A model generated the notes under the pieces. The model searched no databases, was not told where the DNA came from, and saw nothing but the letters and a program-made list of their open reading frames with translations. A stretch of 61,468 bases of DNA, from the IMG/VR virus record IMGVR_UViG_3300025308_000073, positions 1-61,468 of that record. One strand, 5' to 3'. Shown in pieces: positions 24,282-34,550 of the stretch (positions within the stretch are counted from its first letter, which is position 1; the number at the start of each line of letters is the position of its first letter). The translations under genes and the position numbers were made by a program. This DNA is from a virus (Duplodnaviria; Caudoviricetes).

Positions 24282-26499
24282 CGGTTTAATCGTCATGTCT
24301 GGGCAGGGCGAAGGACTGTCTTTACAGCAGCTTGAGGATATGCTGTCCGACATTCGATTCCAGCCGTTGTGGCGGGAAGAGGCCGCCAAGTGTGCCGACT
24401 ATTACGACGGCCATCAACTGACGCAGGATCGTCTTGACCGAATGGATAGGCTCGGGATACCGCCGCTCATCACCAACCTGATCGCACCAGCAATCAACGC
24501 CGTGCTTGGTATGGAAGCCAAGACCAGAACCGATTGGCGCGTTACACAAGAAAATGAAGTTCAGGATGTTCCAGAAGATATGCTGGATGCCATGAACGCG
24601 AAGCTGAATGAGGCTGAACGCGAAAGCCGTGCCGATCGAGCCATATCCGATGCGTATGCGCCGCAGGTTAAGGCGGGTTTGGGCTGGGTTGAAGTCGGCC
24701 GCTCAACAGATGCGCTTGCCTACCCGTATCGCGTATCTGCCGTTCATCGCGACGAAATATGGTGGGATTGGCGAGCCAGGCAGCCTGATTTATATGATGG
24801 ACGATACTTGATCCGCAAGCGCGTGTTCGATCAGGACGTTCTAATGACAATGATGCCGGAACACAAAGACCTGATTCGCTGGTCTATCGAAGACAAATTT
24901 CGCACCTGGCAGTGGGATACCAAGCAGAACATCAATACCGACCTGGCTTATGCTGCTCACCTGGAGCGCATTACTAATATTGATTCGCTGGAATGGCGTA
25001 ATGCCGACCGCCGCCGCGCCACGCTGTACGAGGCTTGGTATCGTGTCTGGCAGGTTGGCGAGGTGTTCCGTGTGCCCGGGGGGCGCACTGTCATTTTCAA
25101 CAAGAAGAATCCGCGCCACCTTGAGGCTGTCAGAGCAGGTGTTGTTCATCTTGAGAAAAAACCGTATTCGCATGTCAGGGTGGCGTTCTATATGGGCTGC
25201 CACAGGCTGTACGATATGCCGTCACCGTATGCGCATCGTCATTTCCCGTATGTTCCGTTCTGGGGTTATCGGGAAGATACAAGCGGCGTTCCTTATGGCC
25301 TGATCCGCTCCATGATTTCACCGCAAGATGTTGTGAACAGCTCAGATTCGAAGATGCACTGGATGCTGAATAGTCGCCGCCTGCGCGCCGACTCGGACGC
25401 GCTAGACCAGAAACACAACACATGGTCGAACGTGCGCGAGAACCTGGCGCGCGCCGACTCCATCGTGCTCCTTGATCCGTCCAAACCGAATGCGCGATTC
25501 AAGGAGGAGAATGATAACGAGCTTAACGCGCAGCAGTTCCAGCGCCGCATGCAGGCTGCTGCGAACGTAGAGCAGGCGGGCGGCATCTATCGCGCCATGC
25601 TTGGCAATGATAGCAATGCAACATCAGGCATCGCTATCAGCAGCCTGGTCGAGCAGGGAAATATCACGCTGGCCGAGATCAACGACAACTATCAGTACGC
25701 GCGGCGACAGGTAGGCGAGCTGCTGTTCTCGCTTGTGCGCGAGGACATGATGACCGACGAGGTGCCGGTGGCGGTCAAGAAGGAAGGTAAGCGCAGAGTG
25801 ATTGTGCTCAATCAGCGCCTGCCGGACGGCGGTATCGATAACGAGGTTGCAGCGGTTCCGTCCAAAGTGGTTCTGGAGGATGTGCCAAGTACGCCAGCGT
25901 TCCGTCAACAGCAACTTCAGATGCTGAGCCAGTACACCAAAGGGCTGCCGCCGCAAATACAGCTCGCGCTTGCCGATATTGTGATTGGGCTGACCGATGT
26001 ACCCCAAAAAGATAAGGTAATGTCACGCATCAAGAAGATTGCCGGCATCCAAGATGACTTATCGCCGGAAGAAGAAGAGGTAATGCAGCAGGCCGCGGAA
26101 CAGGCGCGAGTCGCGCAGCAGGAAGCGATGATGAAGCGCGAGAACGCGCAGACTGCGCTGCTTGAGGCAAAGGTGACGCAGCTTGAGTCGATGGTCGCGA
26201 AGGGCGAGTCCGAGCGGTTGGTGAAGATGGTGGAAGCCATGTATGCCGCTATGCAGGCTGCTCAGATTGTGGCCAGCGTGCCCGGTGTTGCGCCGGTCGC
26301 CGACGAGATTTTGAAGGGCGCAGGGTATCAGCCGCAGTCAGGCGGACAAGACCCGAACATACCCGACGTGGTGCAAAACCAGCAGCCCGCTTCACCCATG
26401 ATGCCGGGAGGTCAGGTTATGCCCGACGCCCCGGCGCAGGAAGCGGGAATGATGCGCGGCATCGAGACGCCGGGCAACGACGGGGTAATCCCTGCATAG
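24256..26499 (+). CDS. portal protein (P22-like)
   Basis: WREEA....DYYDGHQ, NLIAPAINAVLGME, FPYVPFWGYRED..GVPYGLIR; position after TerL. Confidence 0.85.
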   Translation: MAQRQTGSDGLIVMSGQGEGLSLQQLEDMLSDIRFQPLWREEAAKCADYYDGHQLTQDRLDRMDRLGIPPLITNLIAPAINAVLGMEAKTRTDWRVTQENEVQDVPEDMLDAMNAKLNEAERESRADRAISDAYAPQVKAGLGWVEVGRSTDALAYPYRVSAVHRDEIWWDWRARQPDLYDGRYLIRKRVFDQDVLMTMMPEHKDLIRWSIEDKFRTWQWDTKQNINTDLAYAAHLERITNIDSLEWRNADRRRATLYEAWYRVWQVGEVFRVPGGRTVIFNKKNPRHLEAVRAGVVHLEKKPYSHVRVAFYMGCHRLYDMPSPYAHRHFPYVPFWGYREDTSGVPYGLIRSMISPQDVVNSSDSKMHWMLNSRRLRADSDALDQKHNTWSNVRENLARADSIVLLDPSKPNARFKEENDNELNAQQFQRRMQAAANVEQAGGIYRAMLGNDSNATSGIAISSLVEQGNITLAEINDNYQYARRQVGELLFSLVREDMMTDEVPVAVKKEGKRRVIVLNQRLPDGGIDNEVAAVPSKVVLEDVPSTPAFRQQQLQMLSQYTKGLPPQIQLALADIVIGLTDVPQKDKVMSRIKKIAGIQDDLSPEEEEVMQQAAEQARVAQQEAMMKRENAQTALLEAKVTQLESMVAKGESERLVKMVEAMYAAMQAAQIVASVPGVAPVADEILKGAGYQPQSGGQDPNIPDVVQNQQPASPMMPGGQVMPDAPAQEAGMMRGIETPGNDGVIPA

Positions 26500-26539
26500 A
26501 ACACCGATTTTCGACTGATTGCCGTAAGCAATCGAACCG

Positions 26540-26562
26540 ACCCGCCTGGTGCGGGTTTTTTT
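26540..26562 (+). terminator. intrinsic terminator
   Basis: ACCCGC-CTGGT-GCGGGT followed by TTTTTT. Confidence 0.7.
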
Positions 26563-26617
26563 ATGCCCTTAAAACGGCGTGTCGCAACTCTGCGTAACGA
26601 GTAAATGGAGGTGTCAA

Positions 26618-27607
26618 ATGAGTGGGAACGTAGCGCAAGTCAATCAAACTCTCGCTGATGCGAGCATCGAGCAGATCACAGCAATGGCGTTGGAAAGTGC
26701 CAATGCGGAGCAGCCCGGTGCGGCAGAAGTAGAAGGCAAACAGGACGTATCGGCCTCGTCCGGCCAGACCGAAGAGCAGATAGCAGCAGAAGCAACAAAA
26801 GCAACAAAAGAAGCCGAGGCGAAAGCAACGGCTGTCGAGACTGACAAAGAGGTGAATTTTGCAAAGCTGCGCACCAAGTTGGATGCGCAAGAGCGTGAAG
26901 TTTTACGCTTGGCCGAGGAAAACAAAAGGCTCTCCGAGCGTCAGTATGTTGCAGAACTGCCAGCGGACTACGTGCAAAAGGTGGCTGAAGTTAATGCGCG
27001 GATCGCAGAAATCGATGTGAAGTTCCATGATGGCAGGATGGGTCCAGAAGAGCGGCAAGAGCAGATGCGAACGGCAAATGCCGAACGCGATGCTTTGTTG
27101 GCCGCATCTATCAAGGCGCAAATTGCCAAGGAAATGCAGGATCAAAGCGAGAGAGATGCGGCCGCGCGCGCCGAAGCAGAGTTGGAAGCATCCAAAAAAA
27201 CATGGGATCAGACCGTTGATGGCTTTATCTCCGGGAAGCCTGATTCTGTGGACTATGCAGCCGACGAAGCAAAGCGTAACAGCCTCAACACCTACGTCAA
27301 GGCATTGGCAGCAGACCCTGATAACGAAGGCAAACCGATGGTTTGGTACTTGCAAGAAGCGCATGCGCTGGTGAAAGCCAAGCATGGCGTTGCAACTATC
27401 AGTCAAGCGCCAGCCGATGTGAAACAGGCCGACCCAGCAGCCAAGCCTACCTCACCCATCAACACCTTGAGCGATTTACCGGGCGGCTTAACCCCAGCAA
27501 AGAATGAGATCGAAGCACTGGAGCAGGTGAGCGGAGCGGCTTTAACCAACCGCTTCCAAAACATGACCGCTGCCCAGATCGATGCTGAACTGGCAAAGCT
27601 CGGATAG
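26618..27607 (+). CDS. capsid scaffolding protein
   Basis: RBS GGAGGT; acidic coiled-coil between portal and capsid genes. Confidence 0.65.
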   Translation: MSGNVAQVNQTLADASIEQITAMALESANAEQPGAAEVEGKQDVSASSGQTEEQIAAEATKATKEAEAKATAVETDKEVNFAKLRTKLDAQEREVLRLAEENKRLSERQYVAELPADYVQKVAEVNARIAEIDVKFHDGRMGPEERQEQMRTANAERDALLAASIKAQIAKEMQDQSERDAAARAEAELEASKKTWDQTVDGFISGKPDSVDYAADEAKRNSLNTYVKALAADPDNEGKPMVWYLQEAHALVKAKHGVATISQAPADVKQADPAAKPTSPINTLSDLPGGLTPAKNEIEALEQVSGAALTNRFQNMTAAQIDAELAKLG

Positions 27608-27641
27608 TCACACAGGCTTCCAGGCAATCTGGAATTTATTG

Positions 27642-27664
27642 AACCGCCCTAGAGGCGGTTTTTT
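27642..27664 (+). terminator. intrinsic terminator-like hairpin
   Basis: AACCGCC-CTAGA-GGCGGTT followed by TTTT. Confidence 0.65.
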
Positions 27665-27682
27665 CGTTTAAGGAGAAGCAAC

Positions 27683-28957
27683 ATGCAAACTCAAGTCCCA
27701 GCAGGGTCGGCGCTAGCCCGCAAGGTATTCGGCGCCGCCCTTTTTGCAAAAACCGTGGCATTCGCAGGTATGGTCAAAAACCTTACCGGCGATGCTCCCA
27801 AGCAGTCCGATGCAGAGGCCAAACTGAAAGGCCAAACCGTACCAGACATGCCTATCGTGCGCGTGACCGACCTTCAAAAGTCGGCAGGCGATTCGGTGAG
27901 TGTGGATGCGTTCGACACCATCAGCGGCAAGCCGATCATGGGCGACAAAAATGCGGAAGGGCGCGGCGAATCGTTGTCCAGCTCTTCGATGGACATCAAG
28001 ATCGACAACACCACGAAATCCGTGGATGCCGGTGGAAAGATGAGCCAACAGCGCACCCTGCACAGCCTGCGCGGCATCGCCATGTCGCAATTGGTTGGCT
28101 ACTTTGGCCGTCTCGATAACCAGAAGGCATTGGTTCATCTGGCCGGCGCGCGCGGCACTCTGACTGGTAAGGATTGGATCGTGCCGAAGCAGACCGATGC
28201 AGACTTTGCCGACATCATGGTGAACGCCGTCAAGGCTCCAACGTACAACCGTCACTTGGTTGTCAACGGCACCAGCTTTACCAAAGGCGGCGCGCAACTG
28301 GCATCTATCGCCAGCACCGATCTTTGGACGTTGGCGCTCATAGACGAGCTGTCTGTACTGCTGTCCGATCATGACTTCGGCCTGCAGCCAGTGCGCCTGA
28401 ACGACGATCCCGCGGCTGATGATGATCCAATCAAGGGCGTGCTGTACCTCACAGAGCGCCAATGGGCACAGATCAGCACCAGCGATGCCTACCGCACTGC
28501 GCTGCAAAACGCCTGGGCGCGCAAGAGCCATGGCACGAAGCATCCGCTGTTTTCGGGCGAGCCCATCATGAAGAACGGCATCTTGATTCGCAAGCAACCG
28601 AAATTCGGCATCCGTTTCGTGCAAAGCGATACCACCAAGATCGTGACCGTGGCAAATCGTTACACGGCAACAGAGTCTGATGTGACCGTGAACGCAGGCT
28701 TGACCGCTGGTTACGCAGTCGAGCGCGCTATTTTGGTGGGTGCGCAGGCGCTTGGCTATGTGTTTGGCCGCAATCAAGGCTCCGACACTGGCTTCAACTG
28801 GCTGGAAAACAAGTACAACTTCGAGCGCAATCTTGAAGTGGCCGGTGAATCCATGGGCGGCATGTCGAAACTGCGCTTTACCTTCGATGACGGCGCCGGC
28901 AACAAGGAGCCGACTGATAACGGCGTGTTCGTGATCGATTCTGCGGTGAAGCTGTAG
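27683..28957 (+). CDS. major capsid protein (N4-gp56/DUF4043-like)
   Basis: PIVRVTDLQKSAGD.V, GKPIMGD...EGRGE.L, VDAGGKMSQQRT, HLAGARG. Confidence 0.88.
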   Translation: MQTQVPAGSALARKVFGAALFAKTVAFAGMVKNLTGDAPKQSDAEAKLKGQTVPDMPIVRVTDLQKSAGDSVSVDAFDTISGKPIMGDKNAEGRGESLSSSSMDIKIDNTTKSVDAGGKMSQQRTLHSLRGIAMSQLVGYFGRLDNQKALVHLAGARGTLTGKDWIVPKQTDADFADIMVNAVKAPTYNRHLVVNGTSFTKGGAQLASIASTDLWTLALIDELSVLLSDHDFGLQPVRLNDDPAADDDPIKGVLYLTERQWAQISTSDAYRTALQNAWARKSHGTKHPLFSGEPIMKNGILIRKQPKFGIRFVQSDTTKIVTVANRYTATESDVTVNAGLTAGYAVERAILVGAQALGYVFGRNQGSDTGFNWLENKYNFERNLEVAGESMGGMSKLRFTFDDGAGNKEPTDNGVFVIDSAVKL

Positions 28958-29021
28958 CCGCTGGCAATTGAGTTAGGCCGGCATCTTCCGGCCTGACTTT
29001 CTATTTTTCAAGGAGAGCAAC

Positions 29022-29453
29022 ATGGCAAACGCAAATTATCAACCGCAATCGAACAACGCCCCATATTCGGGCGACTGCGGCAACCGAGTTGTGCATCAAG
29101 ACAGCGCGGTTATCGCCGCCAATCTGGCAACGACCGACAAGGTGCGCCTCTGCAAAATACCAGCAGGCACCCGCGTTGATCGCGTCGTTATCAATAACCC
29201 AGACTTGGATTCTGGCGCCACCCTGGCCGTGAACATAGGCTTTGCACATATCGATGGTTCAAGTGGCGCTTCCGCTACCGCTGTCGCATCTGCTGCAACA
29301 ACATGGCAGGCCGCCGCAACGACCACATACGAGTTGTTCCCGCCTGTCACGCTGGAACGTGATTCGTATCTGGAAGCCGTGCCGACCGTGGCCGGCGTCG
29401 GAACTGGCTCCGTGTACGGCAAGGTTGAAGGCGAAGGGCTCGGCGCGAAGTAA
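29022..29453 (+). CDS. putative capsid decoration protein
   Basis: Beta-rich 143-aa protein right after the capsid gene; RBS AAGGAG. Confidence 0.55.
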   Translation: MANANYQPQSNNAPYSGDCGNRVVHQDSAVIAANLATTDKVRLCKIPAGTRVDRVVINNPDLDSGATLAVNIGFAHIDGSSGASATAVASAATTWQAAATTTYELFPPVTLERDSYLEAVPTVAGVGTGSVYGKVEGEGLGAK

Positions 29454-29510
29454 GCGTCAAATCGTTGGGCGGGCTTCGGCTCGCCCACATCAATTTCCAA
29501 GAGGTGTCCC

Positions 29511-30272
29511 ATGAAAAAAATATACATCGCCAGCATCGCGCATCTTGCGCTGGCCGCATTGAGTGATTTTGCAGGTGAGCAGAATGTGATTCACGAATTC
29601 GATCAGCTGCCAGATGCGCAAAAGGATGGCTTGATTGCTGGCGTGGATATGCTGATCGCCAATAAAGACGCTGGCGCAGATGCGCGGCACAACGCATGGA
29701 TGGAAAATATGCTGGCTGATGGCTGGAAGTTTTCCAAGAAGCGCAGCGACGAGGCCAAAACGCATCCGCGTCTGGTGCCGTTCGATCAACTGCCAAAAAA
29801 GGAGATTGCCAAAGAGAAGCTGCTGCATGCAATCGTGCGCGCCATGGAATCAAGCGACATTCCGAGCGTATCAGTTGCCTCTGTACCAAAGCCTGCTAGC
29901 GCTGCTGGAACCGTGCCTATCAAGTACATCGGCAAGAAGAGCGAGCACAAAGACAATTTGTACGGAACCGGGTTGGAATGGAAGCCCGGAGAAGTGCATA
30001 AAGTACCTGCCGCAGCGGCGGCCAAGATGCTGGCGCATACCGATACCTACGAACAGGATGGCAATGCTGTTGCCGGTGGTGTAGCTGTGGTAGAACAAAA
30101 GAGCGATGGGCAGGATGATATGCAGGCCCCTCTTCCGCAACTGTCTGTAATGGACAAGAACGAACTGATCAACTTCGCCCAGCAGCACTTCGGGGAGAAC
30201 TTGGCTCCAGATATGCCGGAAGCTGATATGCGTAGCACGGTATTTAGTCTGGTGCAGGCAAGGGGTCTGTAA
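29511..30272 (+). CDS. RyR-domain phage protein
   Basis: HNAWM..MLADGWKF......AKTHPRLVPFDQLP..E..K. Confidence 0.7.
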   Translation: MKKIYIASIAHLALAALSDFAGEQNVIHEFDQLPDAQKDGLIAGVDMLIANKDAGADARHNAWMENMLADGWKFSKKRSDEAKTHPRLVPFDQLPKKEIAKEKLLHAIVRAMESSDIPSVSVASVPKPASAAGTVPIKYIGKKSEHKDNLYGTGLEWKPGEVHKVPAAAAAKMLAHTDTYEQDGNAVAGGVAVVEQKSDGQDDMQAPLPQLSVMDKNELINFAQQHFGENLAPDMPEADMRSTVFSLVQARGL

Positions 30273-30904
30273 TGACCGCTTTTTCCGATATGGTGACAGA
30301 AGCCTTAGTCAACCTGCCGGAGTGTCCACAGCCTTCCGTTGAAGCGTATCTGCGACTTTCAGCTATCGAACTCTGCCGCCGTTCTTATGTGTGGCGAGAG
30401 GAACAGGCCGCTGTAAGCAAGGTTTCAACCGATTTCCCGTTGGCGCTGGTTCCTGTTGCTGGCGCGAACATCCTGCAAGTGATGTCCGTGGTAATTGACG
30501 AGAAAAGCCCGGCACTTGATCGCAGCGATGTTCATTACGAAGAAGCTGGAACGACAGATTGGCGCACGGCCACAGGCATTCCAGCGCGCTATATCGAGCT
30601 GCCGCGCGGCACGATCACGCTGATCCCGTTGCCCGCTGTTGCCGTTTCCGTGAAGCCGACCGTGGCATACGAGCCAACCATGACCGCAACATCCATTCCA
30701 GATGCAATTTATGCCGAGCATGGCAGCACGATCATATCGGGCGCAATTGCCAAGCTCGCGTTGATCCCGGGCAGGCCATGGACGAGCGGCGATCTGGCAT
30801 CCGCTCACCGGGGGATATTTGAGTCAGGCATCAGGAGCGCAAGCCGCGAATTCCATCAGCACTACATACAGCAACCAATGAGCGTGGCGACTTCACCAAT
30901 CTAA
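30272..30904 (+). CDS. putative head-tail adaptor
   Basis: Position; LPECPQP.VE..LR.SAIELCRRS.VWR. Confidence 0.55.
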   Translation: MTAFSDMVTEALVNLPECPQPSVEAYLRLSAIELCRRSYVWREEQAAVSKVSTDFPLALVPVAGANILQVMSVVIDEKSPALDRSDVHYEEAGTTDWRTATGIPARYIELPRGTITLIPLPAVAVSVKPTVAYEPTMTATSIPDAIYAEHGSTIISGAIAKLALIPGRPWTSGDLASAHRGIFESGIRSASREFHQHYIQQPMSVATSPI

Positions 30905-30914
30905 GGAGAAAACA

Positions 30915-31631
30915 ATGGCAACAACCAAGGTAATCGACATCATTCGGCGTGCTGAAAAGATATTGAACGACGAAGGAGCGGTGCGCTGGACAAGGCTGGA
31001 GTTGCAGGATTGGATCAACGATGCCTACAAGGAAGTTGTTTTGTTGCGGCCAGACGCCAATTCGCAAACCGCCACCGTCACGCTTGCCGTCGGAACGCGG
31101 CAGAAATTGAGCGACGCAGGCACGATCAACTTGCCTACCGCGCTGCGCGTGCTGGACGTGATCCGCAACATGGCGGCGACATCAAACAAGCGCGCGGTGC
31201 GTTTTGTGGATCGACGGGTGCTGGACGATCAGTTGCCTGGGTGGCATGCGGAAGAGCAGTCGGTAAATGTCGTTCACTGGATGTTTGACATCCGCACCCC
31301 AAAAGAATTCTTAGTTTATCCGCCTGCTACAGCGCTTGCACAGATCGAACTGGCTTATTCGAGCGTGCCAACATCTCATGCGCTTAGCGCTGGTGCGCTT
31401 GATCCTGACGGAGCGGATACGACTGTCATCAGCCTGGATGACATCTACGCGAATGTCATTTTGGATTATCTGCTGTATCGAGCCTACTCGAAAGACGCAG
31501 AGTACGCCGCCAATGGCCAAAGAGCGATCAACCATATCAATTCTTTCAACGCATCGCTTGGCGCAAAAACAACCACAGACATTGCGACAGCTCCGGCAAG
31601 CGTTACCCCAATGACCCAGCGCGGCGCGTAA
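30915..31631 (+). CDS. phage adaptor protein (DUF6682-like)
   Basis: L.D...VRWT..EL.DWINDA......RPDA, F.VYPP, LYRAYSKDAEYAAN. Confidence 0.7.
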   Translation: MATTKVIDIIRRAEKILNDEGAVRWTRLELQDWINDAYKEVVLLRPDANSQTATVTLAVGTRQKLSDAGTINLPTALRVLDVIRNMAATSNKRAVRFVDRRVLDDQLPGWHAEEQSVNVVHWMFDIRTPKEFLVYPPATALAQIELAYSSVPTSHALSAGALDPDGADTTVISLDDIYANVILDYLLYRAYSKDAEYAANGQRAINHINSFNASLGAKTTTDIATAPASVTPMTQRGA

Positions 31632-31644
31632 GGAGAAAGCAATC

Positions 31645-33870
31645 ATGTCATGGTACAAGTCGGGCACGGTATCGGTAACGAATGGCTCTGCCTCGGTAGT
31701 TGGTGTCGATACGCTGTGGGCAACCCAGGCGGCGGCGGGCGACATGTTCACGTTGGACGGTTCAATATTCTACGAGGTGCTGTCCGTCACCGATAACACG
31801 CACCTGGCGCTTGCCAGCATTTATGCCGGGACAACGCTTTCCGCGCAGGCATACGCGATCATCCGTAATTTCACCAGCACGACCAATGCGCAGTTGGCAT
31901 TGAATCTGGCCGACATGATTAACAAGTGGCACCTGTCGCTGGACGAGCTGCTGACATGGCTGACATCGCTTGGTTCTGTAACTTTGACTAATCCGGCAAC
32001 CGGATCGGCTGTTTCTGTTAAAACGCCATCGCAGATTCAGGCTGAGTGGATCGGAGCACTATCAAAGGCAATCACCACGGCGGATGTGGCGCTGACTACG
32101 ACTGAAGCCAGCAATGCTTTCATCAAAGCGACCGGTGCGCTGACCGGCAACCGATCAATGACAGTGCCTGCAGCACAAGGGCATCTGATCGCATTCGAGA
32201 ATGCCACGAGCGGCGCTTACACGCTGACGGTCAAAACCCCGGCTGGTACTGGCGTGGTGGTAGGGCAAAACGAACGGGCGTTGCTGTTTTGCGATGGCAC
32301 GAATGTAGTTAATGCGTTTACCTCTGCTCCAGGCATAAATGCTGCTGATGTGGCGAATACTCCATCAGGGAATGTTACAGCAACTAACATGCAGGCGGCT
32401 GTAAACGAGTTGGATGCAGAAAAGGCAAAATTGGCTGGCGATGCCGCACAGGATTTCTCTGCAAAGAACCTGACTTCCACTGGAAATGCCACTCTCGGCG
32501 ATTCTGCCGCCGACATGCACATTGTCAACGGGCCGATGGTATTCAATCATGGGTTTGTTATTGGGAGTCAGTCTGTAACGGTGAGCAATATCGGCACTCC
32601 CGGCGCAGCCGGATTCGGCGTTGGCATCTGCCCGTCCGCGCCTGCCGGGATGTATCCGTTGAGCAACGGCACATTCAGCCCGTTCGACGACGACTACGGC
32701 AATTACATCTACTCCGATGGCAGCATCATGGTGTGGATTCCGGCGTTTTATTACAAATATGGAACAGGCGCGAATGGGCTGGCGGTGAACGTCGTGGACA
32801 TCAAGCCGCTCGGGTATTTCGTGACGGCCGCGAATTCGCCGTTCAAGAGCGCAGCATTATTTGCGGACGAGGTGACCGCCGCGAACGCCGCTGGCTATGC
32901 GCTGCATCGCGCATTCTATGACGGCGGTGCGCTGCAATATGGCGTGTTCGTGGATAAATACAAATGCTCGAATAATGGCGGCACGGCGTCCAGTATCAGG
33001 ATCGGCAATCCACTCTCCAGCGCCGCCGCCAACAATCCATTCAGCGGGCTGACCGGAGCGCCCGCCAATGCTTACTACGGCGCAATCGCTGCCGCCAAGA
33101 CGCGGGGGGCGAGCTTCTTCCCTTCCAGCCTGTTCATCCGCTCCGCGCTGGCGCTGCTGGCGCTGGCACACGCACAAGCCTCAACCGCAGCGACCTGGTG
33201 CGCCTGGTACAACGCGACCTACAACTTCCCCAAGGGCTGCAACAACAACGCGCTGGGCGACGCGCAGGATAGCGCGCTGACATTCACCTCCGCCGGCAAT
33301 GCGACCTACCCGACGGCGAACAAGACCGGCAGCGCCAATGTGCTGGCGAAAACTACGCACAACGGGCAGGCCTGCGGGGTGGCGGACGTGAACGGCACGA
33401 TATGGGAAGTTTGCCTCGGGCTGACCTCGAACGGCACAAATATCTACATCCTGAAAACGTCCGCCGCGATGAAGGATATTACGTCCGGAAACACACTGGC
33501 GACAGACGCTTGGGGTGCGACCGGCATCGCCGCGCTCTATGACGATCTCGGCACGACGCATGGCGCGCTATGGGCGACAGGCGCAAGTCGTGTTGTCTAT
33601 TTTGGCGCGGCCACTCAGGTGTTCGATGCGGCAACCAGCGGCAACGCATGGAACGCGGCGGGCGCTGGCGTGCCGCTGGCAGGTGGGGTCGGCGGAACCA
33701 ATGCATTCGGTAATGACGGCCTGTGGGACTACAAGCCCAATGAGATGTGCCCGCTCGCCGCCGGCGCCTGGAGCAACTCGTCGAATGCCGGGGTGTGGGC
33801 GTTGAATCTCTGCAATGCGCGGGGCGGCTCGTACAGCGACGTGGGGTTGCGCGCGGCCTTGTATCTCTGA
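31645..33870 (+). CDS. tail fibre / major tropism determinant, DGR2 target
   Basis: Tail-fibre N-terminus MSWYKSGTVSVTNGS; C-terminal CLec-like domain (VADVNGTIWE...GAW...AGVWAL...VGLRA) carrying VR3. Confidence 0.9.
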   Translation: MSWYKSGTVSVTNGSASVVGVDTLWATQAAAGDMFTLDGSIFYEVLSVTDNTHLALASIYAGTTLSAQAYAIIRNFTSTTNAQLALNLADMINKWHLSLDELLTWLTSLGSVTLTNPATGSAVSVKTPSQIQAEWIGALSKAITTADVALTTTEASNAFIKATGALTGNRSMTVPAAQGHLIAFENATSGAYTLTVKTPAGTGVVVGQNERALLFCDGTNVVNAFTSAPGINAADVANTPSGNVTATNMQAAVNELDAEKAKLAGDAAQDFSAKNLTSTGNATLGDSAADMHIVNGPMVFNHGFVIGSQSVTVSNIGTPGAAGFGVGICPSAPAGMYPLSNGTFSPFDDDYGNYIYSDGSIMVWIPAFYYKYGTGANGLAVNVVDIKPLGYFVTAANSPFKSAALFADEVTAANAAGYALHRAFYDGGALQYGVFVDKYKCSNNGGTASSIRIGNPLSSAAANNPFSGLTGAPANAYYGAIAAAKTRGASFFPSSLFIRSALALLALAHAQASTAATWCAWYNATYNFPKGCNNNALGDAQDSALTFTSAGNATYPTANKTGSANVLAKTTHNGQACGVADVNGTIWEVCLGLTSNGTNIYILKTSAAMKDITSGNTLATDAWGATGIAALYDDLGTTHGALWATGASRVVYFGAATQVFDAATSGNAWNAAGAGVPLAGGVGGTNAFGNDGLWDYKPNEMCPLAAGAWSNSSNAGVWALNLCNARGGSYSDVGLRAALYL
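33745..33859 (+). repeat. DGR2 variable region (VR3)
   Basis: 12 mismatches to 34300..34414 (7 A>G, 3 A>C, 2 A>T), all at TR adenines. Confidence 0.97.
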
Positions 33871-33887
33871 TGGCCTGAGCGATAGCG

Positions 33888-34298
33888 ATGGGCCTACACG
33901 ATGAAGCGAAGCTGGATCAAAAGTTCACGGAGTTTGCAAAGCTGATGAATATCCACCTCAATCACTTTCCGCGCCACGAGAAGTATGGCCTCGCCCTGGA
34001 GATCAGGCGCGCGGCCTATGAGGTCTATGGCTATATCGTCGAGGCGCAAAAGCGCTATCACAAGAAAACCACGCTTACCAACCTTGATGTACGCCACGAG
34101 CAGCTGCGCATGCTGATCCGACTGGCGCACTCGCTCGGCTATTTTGAGTTCAAGGATGGTAAGCGCGCAGATAAATCACCCGCCGCACTGGGAGAGCATC
34201 GCTATCTCGCCCTGTCCCGGTTGGTGGATGAATTGGGCAGGATGCTGGGCGGCTGGATAGTCGCCGATCGCCTGCTCGATAAACGGGAGGCGCCTTAA
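33888..34298 (+). CDS. avd: DGR accessory variability determinant
   Basis: FPRHEKYGLALEIRR...LDVRHEQLR.LIRLA...VDELGRMLGGWI. Confidence 0.92.
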   Translation: MGLHDEAKLDQKFTEFAKLMNIHLNHFPRHEKYGLALEIRRAAYEVYGYIVEAQKRYHKKTTLTNLDVRHEQLRMLIRLAHSLGYFEFKDGKRADKSPAALGEHRYLALSRLVDELGRMLGGWIVADRLLDKREAP

Positions 34299-34299
34299 C

Positions 34300-34414
34300 A
34301 TGTGCCCGATCGCCGCCGGCAACTGGAACAACTCGTCGAATGCCGGGGTGTGGGCGTTGAATCTCAACAATGCGCGGGGCAACTCGAACAACAACGTGGG
34401 GTTGCGCGCGGACT
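34300..34414 (+). repeat. DGR2 template repeat (TR2)
   Basis: 115 nt, 25 adenines, AAC/AAT codons; located between avd and RT. Confidence 0.97.
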
Positions 34415-34550
34415 CGAAGCCTCAAAGACCGCAGCTTGGTCAAAGTGGAATCAAGGGAGGCGCTTTCCGGCGCGTGGCGCAAGCCACGGCGAAATCGGCC
34501 GGCTTCCGCCTTTCTGGTAGGGCGGCATGCCGTCTCGAAGGTCGGGCGAT

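Noticed and set aside
27713-28777. Long antisense ORFs (also 51190..52314, 54823..56091, 57424..58506)
   Set aside because: They lie opposite well-conserved domains in GC-rich coding DNA, with no RBS or promoter and non-protein-like composition.
33871-33894. Post-VR hairpin for DGR2 (GGCCTGAGCGATAGCGATGGGCC)
   Set aside because: Only a weak, interrupted stem that overlaps the avd start; not supportable as a feature.
34300-34414. Cross-templating between TR2 and the DGR1 VRs
   Set aside because: The similarity is only at the level of the CLec protein motif; nucleotide differences are many and not restricted to adenines.
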